A stretch of 64,000 nucleotides of DNA, taken from positions 47,802,001 through 47,866,000 of the forward strand of contig NW_026262745.1 of assembly GCF_021869535.1 (NCBI RefSeq), given 5' to 3'. The stretch's first letter is position 1. Each line of letters begins with the position of its first letter. Below are positions 25,556 through 37,667 of the stretch, one piece after another. A program made the translations under genes and the position numbers. The DNA comes from Mytilus californianus (taxonomy: Eukaryota). The notes beneath the pieces are model-generated. The model saw nothing but the letters and a program-made list of their open reading frames with translations. It did not search any database and was not told the origin of the DNA.

Positions 25556-26186
25556 GGGCATACGATACAGTTACAGGGAAGGTAATGACGTTGCTAACGT
25601 AAAATATTATTTTCGCGACGTCAAACTGTGACATATCGGGAAAAGATGCATTTTTCGGTTGATTTTTATCATTCAGACTGATTTAACTTGAAAACAAATT
25701 CGTGGACCTCTCTTTTTTAAAATGACTTTAAAAATAATTAGATTTAATTACGTATGAAGATTATTTGTACCAACTTTTATAAAAAAAATCACCGATGATT
25801 TTTTTTAAATCAGATAAATATACAGCAAAAAATGCCGTTTCTTTTCTAAAATCATGAAACTTTGATAAAAATTTATTATTTCCAAAGAATTGTTATACAA
25901 ATTTAAAACATTCATATGTGAAGAAGATATTCCATATACTTTTACAAAAATCCGCTTGTGTTTATCTTTTGAAACAAAACAGATAGGTATGTCTATCCAA
26001 AGGATAGAAATGTCCAAAAAACCAAAATTTTGAGAAAATGTCTAAAATTTCGACCGCATTTATCTCTTAAAGTAGCACATGAAGGTATATTTTTTATTAC
26101 ATATTTGAATTGACTAGGTGAAAAATAGGTTGTATGGAAATTTTCGTAAAAAAATCACCGTGGGATCAAAACTGTATCGTATGCCC
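25556..26186. mobile_element. Non-autonomous DNA transposon (MITE) with TTAA TSD, Kolobok-like
   Basis: Perfect 17-bp TIR gggcatacgatacagtt / aactgtatcgtatgccc flanked by TTAA on both sides. Confidence 0.88.
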
Positions 26187-26472
26187 TTAAATGTAGCGTT
26201 ATACCTTTTGAAGTTGAAAAAAAGAAGAAAGTCGAAAAATAATAAACAGTAATTCAATAAATCAATGCAATTCCGAAATAAGAATTTACTATAATAAACT
26301 TAGTCATTTAGTGAATACAATTAACTAAGAATCAAAAAATATAACACAACTCCTTGCGAAATAGATCATGAATTTATGATACTAAAACAATAAAAACCTA
26401 GGAGAATTTACTATAACATTGCTCGCTTTAGTTTGTCATTTTTGTAATGCTATTTTCCTCAACATCTGTATT

Positions 26473-26518
26473 ATGTTTTGGGTTTGTTCATTATTTTGCC
26501 AAATTAGCATCTTGTGCA
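26473..26518 (+). CDS. Candidate signal-peptide exon of gene 2 (MFWVCSLFCQISILC)
   Basis: ATG, hydrophobic 15 aa, phase-1 donor A|gtaaaa compatible with exon 26910. The donor is weak and the call is tentative. Confidence 0.35.
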
Positions 26519-26909
26519 GTAAAATTAATACTTTTAACATTATTATTATTATATGAATACCCAGCAATAATATTAGGCCACTGATGTTTAAACTTTAAAA
26601 AACATAAAAAATAAAACTAGTACTAAATGTCCCCAAACTTTACTGAAAGGGGTTTGCTCATTGTTGAAAGCCGTACAGTTACTTAAAATTGTTTTCATTA
26701 TCATCATGTGGTCACTGGCGAAAAGTCGTAACATTAGTAGTCATACCACATCTACATTTTGTTATGATATGATTGCAAAACGACATACACTGCTACAACA
26801 TTGTACAACAACCAAATTTATAATATTAATGATGATGATGATGATAATAATAATTAAAAAAACACGTTGTCAGCGGCCGTATATTTGTTGACTTACAACG
26901 TTTTTCAAG

Positions 26910-29309
26910 GTGATCCATGTGATACTTACACAGTTCTGGATTCGCTCGAGGAGTACGTTCGATCCGTAGCTAATGCTGCCTCTTCTCCTACACTATGTGA
27001 CAATACCTTAGAAGCTGGTTGGTACCGTGTCACTAGCTATGCTGGGGAACGGATGCCAACAGAATGTGTTTTTGGTGGAATGAGGTGTGGAACAACACTT
27101 TCAATATGGATGAACGGTATTTATTATTTTCTTGATATAACTTTTAAGCAATAACTTATAAGGTAATAGCTCATAAAAGGTTAAACATTATATCAACATG
27201 TGTTTATTATTGATGAACGTACTTTGATGACTTCAAGTAAAAGAAACATTGACCAAAATAAAGAAACATTCGACTCTTTTCATGTCAGTCTGACAAGTGA
27301 AAATGAATTTCGCATGTTATAAACATTACAGTGTAATCTAATTCCAACATTAAGATTTTCTATAAAACATCATTAACGATACATGCTCTTAGGGGTATCA
27401 TACAAACGCTATACGCGGGTTTTGTCTATGCAAGACTTATCAGTAGAGTTCAAATAAAAGGCTTCGTTAGGCCAAATCAATAACATAGGTGAACATTGAA
27501 AATTAAAAGCAAATAGAAAATGTACACAATATGGCTACAGCTGTATTTGCCTTGGTTGAAGATGTTATTATGGTTTGGTGTTTTAAGTATTTTATTTCAC
27601 AAAAGACATTATGAATGAAATAAAAATATAACTTGTTTCTCAGGTACAATAAAAATGTTTTCTGAAATAACCGTAACAACTTTGAGTTTGCATTATAAAT
27701 AAAGAAGGAACAGGAAATCACCCAAATTCTAACCAATTTCTTATCCTAGATAATTTTGTGTCATGTCTCTGAGAATAAGAATTTCTCATGCATAATTGAG
27801 CACATTTGTAGCTTTTGATTTGCAAATGTTATGATTTTTTTGTAAAAAAGATGATGTTTTATATGTTTCAAATAATAAGACATATGCGTGTATGTAAATA
27901 CATGGACTTTCTTTGTTTTAGATGATTATAGAGAGGTCATTTAAATTTGATTAATATCAAACTAATTCAAGCTTGCACATACAATCATGCGGCTTTATTG
28001 AAATTCCTTTCTTTCAAGTAAGCGAATTAAAAAAAAAACCAAAACAATGGATCATGTAAATCATATATTGAAGATAACCTATATAAATATTGTAAAAGTA
28101 ATAATATAGTCAACTGTTGATTTGATTAATACACGATAAAGATATCTGGGATGATTGCCTATTAGACAACTATCGACTCCAAACAGACGTGTATGTAAGC
28201 AATTAAGGGGAACCATATGACCCTCAACAATGAAGAAAACCAATATCGTATAGTCAGTCATAAAATGCCTTACCATGACAATGTAATGCAAACGATGAAA
28301 ACAGCCAACGACCATTTATGACAGAATAATGAACGAAACAAAAATGATGACAAACAAAAATAAACGACGACCACTGAATTACAAGTCTATCTTAGAAGAA
28401 TATCGTGGTGATAAGTAATTTTTGTATGCTTAAACCTCCCCTAATCTTGTAATAGCACGACATATATTGTGTAGTAACAAACTGTACAAAATAGTTTGAA
28501 ATGGCTTAACTCATCAGATTGACATGACGCACAAACACAACTAACATAAAACCACAATACATATTTAGTGGAATCACGTGTGAAATTAAAGCATCGTAAC
28601 TGAATAATTTGGGCGATTTCTTTCCTTAATTAAGCACTTTCTTCTTAGATGTATTAATGTGGTATGAAAACGTTATGTTGATCACTTTATGATTTTGTGC
28701 TAGGAACGTATCCAGACACCGGTGTTGTTGCGACTGTTCAAGCATGCGCGGCACATTATGATGGAGATTGTTGTAAATACTCTTATGACATAGAGGTCAA
28801 GAACTGTACAAACTATTTAGTGTACAATTTGCTTCCGGTGTCATCATGCTATCAGGCTTATTGCTTTGGTATGTTATAAACGTTTAGTAGTTTTCAAGTA
28901 AAAAATTGATTTGTAAAAGGATAAGGAAAAATTATTTTGAAACAGATACTTCCATTACTAGGTTTTTTAACAGAGTTCAGTTGCTCCATGTGTTACCAAT
29001 TATTTATTAAAGAAACATATGTTTCCCATAATTAAACTACTTAAACGTCCTGTTATATCTAACTTAGTATTGTGAACAATCAATTTCTTAGTTGTATCGT
29101 AAATGTCATTTCATTTTTAATCAAAATGTTGATCCTGACATATATATAACAAAATCTCAGTAAAATCCGTATGCTGGTAACACAAATGCAAAGTTTATTA
29201 ATGGTAATATCGGTTAATCATAAGAACGTTTAATTTATTATCTTAGGTTCGGAAATGCCATGTTCTGCTGGTGAAACATCTAATAATGGATTTACACCTG
29301 GATGTAAAT
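26910..29309 (+). CDS. Gene 2 module 1 (exons of 207, 165 and 63 nt)
   Basis: ORFs 26867-27154 and 28697-28879, plus GSEMPCSAGETSNNGFTPGCK. Confidence 0.88.
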
Positions 29310-32300
29310 GTAAGTGATGAAACATATTTGAAATCTTAGTTGCATCATTATATTATTTGATTATAAACTATAGTGGTCACTTTGTATAATTCTTTTTAAG
29401 GACCCTTGTAATATATACATGTATATATATTCAAAATTGCAACAAGCTTGATAAAAACAATTATTTTACTACTTTGACTTTTTAATAGAATGTATTCTTT
29501 TTGACAACTTAAAAGAATTTTAAAAGGGAAATATTCAGTTCCATCATTTCGGTTTATTTCTATATGAAATATCTTTTTATGTACTGTTTATGTACTTTAA
29601 TAATGTCAAAGAGAGCATAATCAGTTTGCGGAGTAAAATTCCCTTTACATGTTCAGCATATTGTCCCATAAATCAATTTTGCGTTTTGCAAATCGTTTAG
29701 GCATTTTTATTGATGCATCTTAAGAAGTCTTTCTCTTGGGATTCGTTTCTCCTTAGCCAATATATTAGTTAACAAGGACGATTTTTGCATCTTCATACTT
29801 TTTCCCTTACATGTTAATCAAGATTTCAAAACAGACTGTTCAAATTCGGTTGTTGTCTATGACTGTTAATTATTGTTGTTTCCTGGATAGATTGATACAA
29901 AATAAAAAGATATTGTTCATCCTTGATGAGTTTTGCAGTTATGTGTAAATTATTGCGTTTACGATGATTATTTCTTACGACAAGTTTTATGTCGTTTTCA
30001 TTCGTAGTAGGTAATTTGCGATGTCTCGTCCTCAAGATACGAATGTTGAATGATTCGACATTAAAAGCTAGCGATCGCATGATCCATTTAAAGTAAAATT
30101 TACTTATATTGTGTACGGTATTGAATGTTCTTCCTATAGACCTATATATGTTGGTGAAACTAGACAAAGCCTAAACGAAAGAATGAATGATTAAAAGTAT
30201 AATGTGCATGATTCTGCTTACAATACTTTCTATATAACTATTTTAACTAGCCTTAATGTCTCTATTTCTGACAGGTTTTTGTTGCCTGAGACAAAAAATG
30301 TAGCTCTTAACATATCACGAAAGTCGTCAGATCTGCTAATTTAGCAAATTTTTCCTTTTCCCGATTGTGATATCATGACAGAGTGAATTCGCATTGTACA
30401 TGATGCTTATGCATGTACTTGTCTGACAGTTTATAGTTTGGTTCCTGTGAATAGTTGGCATATCAGTAATATTAAAACATTTCTTTTTGTAAAACATGTA
30501 TACATTTGTAGCAGGAGACGCTTATCCTTTCGAGACATATGGTCCCGCTCCTTTTAGAAGTCACTCAATTGCCTGCGATTTGTTGTTTCACTTAAGTGTG
30601 TATGTCCTTAAATTATAAGAATTGAAAATATGGTAACTACTGCTGTCACTAATGTTTTTCAATGTTACCGTCAGAATCCACTATATCACTATAAATTATC
30701 TTGTAGTTGATCCTTGCTTGGAAGAAAACTATCAAACTTTAGATGATTGGCAACGATCAGTTAATAATACAATCATTGGCAATTTGTGTGACAATCGGCT
30801 GACTCCAGGATGGTACCGTCCAATTAGTCTCGTAGGAAATACAATGCCAACAGAATGTACACAAAACGGATTCAGATGCGGAACTACTTATCCAATATGG
30901 ATGAATGGTAGGAAATATTATAAAAAAAAAACAAGAAAACATAATAGCGTATTTACCTGATTTAGGAATCTATTATGCTATTTATTGTTTTCGTCAAAAG
31001 ACTTCTACAACTCCATTTTGCTGCACATAATTATATTCATGAAATTTCGTAAGCGATCATGCAAATCCTGGCTATTGCATTAAAAACACGTTTCGTTAAT
31101 GATTCTCTATTTTGCCAACCGACTTTACATTAAAAATGAATAGTTGTCAACTATTTCGTAATGTATTAAACGCCAGTTTGATTTGGGGAATATTTCGGGA
31201 AAACTTTTTAAAACCCTTACTGTAATTTCATTTATAATACCAAATACAAGAACGTCTATTAACACGAAAACACGATCACAAATGCAAATATTAATATCCT
31301 GTTATACACAACACAAAACCCTAAAAGTATGAATAGTTTATGAACCGCCCTGTTACCAGTTTCGGCCTAACCATATGGAAACAGTCTACAGTCAGTTTAT
31401 TAGAGCTGTTGAAATCCTGCTGTGAAATTTAATAGACAAGTTGTGCAACATCGTTATGTGCCAGTTATTAAGTAACAGTTCGTACCAAAATATGCTACTA
31501 CCATGTAAGTAATGAGAGAAAACATTAATATATGCACCATCCATGGAAATATTTCTGTAAAGGCTTATTAAAATTTTTTAAAAGCAAAATTGCTATATCA
31601 GTTGTTGAATATGTGATAAGAGTCAAAAGGGAAACAAAGTAAATGTAAGATGATTGTTGATATAAGATATAAGTTATATAAATGTTAAGTTTTGCTTTAC
31701 ATTTCAGTCTTTTTTTTTTTTTTTGTAACAGGATCGTACCCTTTGTCTGGCAAAATTGCAGATGTTACGGCCTGTGTAGCAAACTTCAACGGAGGCTGCT
31801 GTACCAGTTCATATGACATCCGGGTTAAAAATTGTGACAGTTTTTACATATATAACTTACAAGCTACAAGTGGATGCTACCAATCCTATTGTTTCGGTGA
31901 GATATTACATTTGTTAGATTACTTCCTTATATATTCTTTTTATATGTGTTTTGTTCATGAATGTATAGTAGAAACTTCTTGTTGATAGAAGCACTGGATA
32001 GAAAGTTACAAAAATGATTAATCATAAACAGTCACATGTTACAAAAAACTGGAACTTATATATACAGTGCAAAGATGCGGCATAGGAAATCAAAGACATA
32101 CAAGAATGTTGAACCCAATTATTGATCATATGAAAATGACTTGTATTTCTAAATGCCTTTACCATTGAACGAGACGACACAATATTATTACTGTCCGTAT
32201 CCAGTTATTACTTTATGTGTTAACATATTTGATCTTTCAATGGTTATTTTGAATAAAATTTTTGATTCGACAGAAGTCTAAATAGTTACATAATATATAT

Positions 32301-35300
32301 ACGTTTTAGGTACTGAAGTTAAATGTCCAGTGGGAGAAACCTCGGATAACGGAGGGTTTACACCAGGATGTGAATGTGCGTATTCAGTCGATTTAGGAAT
32401 ACATATATCATATTTACTTCTATTTAAAAAGAATAACAAATTAAAAGCAACAATGCTGTATTCCCTAGTCATAACTGTATGTTCACGTCTGGCTAATAAG
32501 TAGGCAATACACTTACAAAGAAACAGAAATACCGATTGGAATGAATATGAAAAAGAAGAAGAAATAAGGGACAATCAAACTCATAAGTGGCAAATAAACT
32601 AACAACGCCATGGCAAAATGGAAAAAGACCAAAAGACAAACAACTGTACACAAAACACATCACAGAAAACTAAAGACTGAGCAAAACGAACCCCACCAAA
32701 ACCCGGGGTTGATCTCAGGTGCTCCGGAAGGGTAAGCAGATCCTAATCCACACGTGGCACCCGTCTTATTGCTCATGTGAGTATAAACCCGGTGATCAGT
32801 CTTATTTGGTATGTCACATTCGCGGAAAAAAGAACAAGATTGTGGTAACGATAATTCGAACCTATCCGTCGTCATCTGTAAAACAGATATTCCATAACGG
32901 TCAACCAACTCGTGATGGCGTCCAAAAAAATTTCGAAGAATGATTTCAAATTTACCACTTGGAACTCTTGTTTTAATAGCTTCCTTGTGAGCAGCAACCC
33001 TCTATCAAGGAAATCATGATAGAAAATACAAGCCCTTGAATATCGTATCAACTGGGACATATAAACGCTATATGCAGGCGCTACTGGAATGTTGCTACAT
33101 AGAAATAGAAATAGAAAGTTCACAATTGGGAGACTGAAATCATCTCTTAAAGTAAAGTTTTGTTTTCAACCGACCTTCATTGTCAATTTCGAGAATGTAA
33201 GTCAAGATATGAGGCATCTGTATCTGGTATATCGTTTATTTCAAGTTCGATCAGATAATTGCGTTCAACATAGTCACCAAACTTTGAGTTATTTAGCGAG
33301 AGAACATCATTTATAAATGGGAGAGTGAAGTTGAAGGATAACACTAACCTTTTTCCTGTATGAAGTCTGCCTCAAATGAGTAAAGGAACAAGTCGACAAA
33401 AAGAAGAGAACAGTTGGTTTCCATGAGAATGTCGATTGTTGTTTTTTTTTTGAAGTCTTCGAAACGTAACAAATATGTTGTCAACCAAGAAATCCATCAT
33501 CTTGATAATGTCAGTTTCAGAAAATCTGTTGTTCTTTATTTATTAAACAAAGCAGGACCAACTCTTTATGTGTTTTAGTTTCGAATGGGGAATGTGTAAA
33601 GTGTGAAAAAGTTAAATGTTTCAATACTATTGCAAGATCTACGAGTCTTAGATTGTATATACTCTTAAGATTTTGAATTTTTAAGTATCCACATCTAATT
33701 CACGCCACCTCTAGAATAGGTAGTTTCGTAAAAACTTTGAAGACCGGCTTTGATTGCTGATAATATTGATGTTAATAATTTAGAAGGTTTCAAAAAAACT
33801 TGTGGTAAAAGAGGAACTGTACCTCTGGTATCTTTCGTCCCTCTTTTACCACAGTGGATAAGTCTGAATATATACCGAAAGACTGAAAAAGACTGACTAA
33901 TTTATTCTCCCGTCGTTTAGGGGCTGTGCAGATCGAAATGACCGTTTCAGATCAAAATTGGTTTGCTTATGCAAACATTTTGTTATCAAAAATTAGAATT
34001 GAAAATCCTTTTACAAGTCATTTTACTCCTCCTCATAGTGCATTTCTAACTATGTACTAAATACAATTGTCTTTCTTTAAAAAATATGTAAAACTAAGAC
34101 CTGCATCAATGTCAACGTTTGTCTGAAAACCAACAAGTTTAAACATTTCCTAATTACCTTTTCAACAGAACTTTTTAATATTCTTTTACACACGACGCTA
34201 TTTAAGCTATAAAGAAATTTATCATATCAAAGATGTCTAATCATTATTTTTAAAAGGTCTCAATTCTGTGTTCCTATTTCATAGCATATAGGTCAACAAA
34301 TATAATGTTATCAAGCTATAAAATTTAAAAATGTAATCGTTTGTATTTGATATTTACATAACATATTAAGAACGACGAGATATATTCGACCATATGTTTT
34401 TTTCAAATAAATATTGTCCGATACTTACAAAAAAGAGGACCAATATAAAACTAGCTATGAGACAGTACCATATTAAAGCAGCCAATATTTAAAGGGACCT
34501 TTTTGAGAAATTCTGTTTTTGTTTTTGATTGTTTAGTTTATTAGGAGTTTTGTTTCCATAATTGAAAACAAATTCCTAAAATTATATAAAGCAAGCCAAT
34601 ATTGATATATATGTGAATAAATAAATATCCAGAAAGTGGACAAAAACATATTATATAAATTCTTTAGTCGACCCATGTCATAGCATCAACTACGAGGTAC
34701 TCATAGAAGAAATGAAACGATCATCAAACTATACACTGCAATCCGATGATGTGGCCATAGAGGACAGTCGATTAACAGCGGGATGGTATAGAATCGATAG
34801 TGCAACCGGAAATGACATAGTCAATGAGAGCGTTTATATGATGCAGTGTGGTACTTTATATCCACTGTGGATGGACGGTTAGTACTGTTTTATTTATAAA
34901 TTGAATATACAACATGTAGATGGTCTTTTGTTTGATTTTGGTGTTTGATAGCTGTCTGATTGAGGTTACTTCATTTTGACGTTGTAACATGTCGTATTGA
35001 TAATTATTTAAAATTAATCAATGCTATTTTTCACGGCTAACATGTAAAATATTAAGTACCGTTACATTAACTTAGAATTTAAACCATTTGATTTAATAAT
35101 AAAGTTAAGGGCATTTTTACAATAGTACTGCATACTTATCTATCCAAGTCCCAACTTTAAAGCATTAATACTTTAGGAAACTTACCAGATGTTTCTGATA
35201 AGACAGTTGACAGAAAAGTATGTAAATCAGGAGTATCAAGTATATGTGACCAGACGTATGACATAAAAGTTCGCAATTGTGGTAGCTACAGAACCTATTA

Positions 35301-37667
35301 CTTGACACAGCTGAATGCTGACAAATCTGCCTATTGCTTTGGTAAGATAACATTTTGTAGACAATTTAGATATTAATTTTTGTTTGCTCTAGTTTGAATT
35401 TCCGTTTGATGTTAAATGACAGAAAGCACATCCCGAGAAACATATAGTAACGTACTTGTCATTATTATCAAAATAAACCAATAAATTCCTTAAACATCAA
35501 CAGTCGCAGATCTGTGAGAACAAGTAACACGTTTTGTTTCTTTTCTCTTGTTGTTTTTAAATGCTTTTGAAAAGAAATTATACAAGACTACTATTCTATA
35601 ACAGTCGCCATATGCTGGTGTACTGTCCCTCTAAATCCCTACCATGGTTACCACTTTAATCCGCACAATCTCAAATGATATTATCGTCCGTGTGTATATA
35701 TTTATGGATGTAGTAGAAGAAGAGAGGCGAAATATACCAAAGGAGTATTCGAAATTACCAGTCGAAAACAAACTAACAATGCACCTTCAATATGCTTAGG
35801 CACACTTTTTGTTTTCACATATACATGCATTATACTTTATTTTCTTTCAAATTGGTGTTATTTCTAAATCAGTGGAAAATTAATTTAATTTTGTAACGTT
35901 ATATTATGATAGATCATTTCCCAGTACTACCGTTGTTTTCATTGAATTTAGTTGGGTCTGTTCAACATGCATAGTTATTTCTATTAATAATTCATTAATT
36001 TAAATTAAAGGAAGACAGGACATTTGCTTGTAATTTTGTGTCCTTAATTTTCAATATGTTATTAAAACTTTCTAGGTACTCTACCCGTTCCTGATACTAC
36101 AACTACAACCACAGGAAATCCTCCAGGAAAACCTCGACCAAAAGAAGGTATGTTACATTTATCAATCCAAATTGTATCATGGAATGTACGTTAATGCCAT
36201 GCGAGGTTGAAATAACTTGAAACTGGGTTGGATCGACCACTTTACATCCAAAACTATAAAGCATCTGCCTTGTTCAATTCACCATTCAAAACAATTATTT
36301 AAGCAATTTATGTATATATACATTTTATGATCATTTGAACAACAAATGCCATAACAAGAAAAACGAAGTACAACTGCAGTACAAGGGATCGTTAATATTA
36401 CAAAATTAACGATGCTTTGAATTATAATTGTAGTCGGCTTTAAAGATAACTGAATCTTACCAAAATCGGATATAGTTATTGTTGTGCGAGTGACACAAAT
36501 TTTCTTCTACATTTTATCAGGATAATTGAGGGGGAATCTTTGAAAATATTCTAAGTCTTTTTCGAGTATGTTTACTTTCAAGTACCTCTCTGTGCTTCAA
36601 TAGGTGATGAAAATGACAAAGGAGATAAACCGTACATATGGGTAATTGTGGCTATGCTTGCAGTGCTTTCAACAATATTGTTAACTATACTCCTTTTAAG
36701 GTAAGTTTAATGCAGCAAAATTATTTTAGTTCATGTATTTCTTTATAATTTTAGACACTATTTGTTAGTTTAAACAGGTTTTTTTCAACAAAAGATATAA
36801 ACAAACTACGGAAATGTTATTCCAAAGTCGAAATTTATTTGAAATTTATTGATACTATAACCTTTAACAAAATGTTACAATTATATACCATAGATTAGTA
36901 ATGTTTAAATATCATTATATGAAAATAATTCGAAAGTATTTTTATTTTGTCTAAAAGACATCTTATTTATTTTCCTATTAAAATCGGTTTATAACAACAT
37001 ATCGTTTTTTTAGCATTCTTATATGGACTTAAACTTAAATCAATATGGTAACTCCTACTATAACCCGTTTGAATATACGGTTTTTGCTGATTTGGAATTC
37101 TGCTCACAGATCATTTGATTTGTTTCCCAACAACAATCCCTGTTTTATTGGTACAGGTTACTCGAGTAACACGTGTCGTATGTACTGGCATACGTTAGTT
37201 TCTTTTAAGTTTGTTTTTTTTTAGGGGGGAAAGGGGGGGGGGGTAATTAACCACGAGGAGGACACTGGACAGTATACTAATGCATGACGAACTGAATCTA
37301 CAAGATTTTGTTTCAGGCATTTGTTTCTGGATTGGTTTCTGGTTAAACCACTTTCAATTATGTTTGTATTCCAAAGTTTAAAATCCGTCCTCACAAAAAA
37401 GACAAGTTTATGTGTTTTTTTTAAATATTGAACTCACGGAAATAAAAAGTGAACATTGTTATTTTGTTATTTTGTGACACAACAGTAAAAACAATTAAAG
37501 CTTTAAACATGTTTGCTTTTTCTATTTTTATTTAAAGATTGCTTGTACCAAAATCTTTACCAAAGCGCTCCAGTAGCATTTACATGTCTGAAAAGCTTCC
37601 GCCTTCTAATGGAGAAGCAAAAATAGTTTCATCACCACCTAGAAGTACAAGTTTTTTGGAGTCTTAA
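26910..37667 (+). CDS. Gene 2: type I membrane protein with three tandem D8C/D10C modules, short Thr/Pro stalk, TM and short tail. Exons 26910-27116, 28704-28868, 29247-29309, 30707-30907, 31732-31896, 32310-32375, 34668-34877, 35177-35341, 36076-36147, 36604-36700, 37538-37667
   Basis: All introns GT-AG with consistent phase and no internal stops in the spliced frame. The modules repeat DPC..GWYR..CGT..WM(N/D)G and G.YP..C..VKNC..YCFG. TM YIWVIVAMLAVLSTILLTILLL followed by R; stop TAA at 37665-37667. Confidence 0.85.
27405..27447 (-). ncRNA. Degenerate hammerhead-like relic
   Basis: CUGAUAA-GUCU ugcau AGAC-AAAA-CCCGCG-UA; two core mutations. Confidence 0.35.
30104..30193 (+). pseudogene. 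GIY-YIG endonuclease relic
   Basis: YIVYGIECSSYRPIYVGETRQSLNERMND. Confidence 0.6.
30707..32375 (+). CDS. Gene 2 module 2 (exons of 201, 165 and 66 nt)
   Basis: ORFs 30652-30960 and 31692-31985, plus GTEVKCPVGETSDNGGFTPGCE. Confidence 0.88.
32555..33150 (-). mobile_element. 3' fragment of a second Penelope-like family (RT C-terminus plus 3' end)
   Basis: ORF 32872-33123 FLCSNIPVAPAYSVYMSQLIRYSRAC..GLLLTRKLL resembles FLDGDVPLSPSYGVYISQLVRFAHIC of the Naiad; intronic, antisense to gene 2. Confidence 0.8.
34668..35341 (+). CDS. Gene 2 module 3, divergent 6-Cys version (exons of 210 and 165 nt)
   Basis: DPCHSINYEVL..AIEDSRLTAGWYRIDS..QCGTLYPLWMDG / GNLPDV..VC..SSIC..VRNC..SAYCFG; not in the ORF track. 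Confidence 0.85.
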
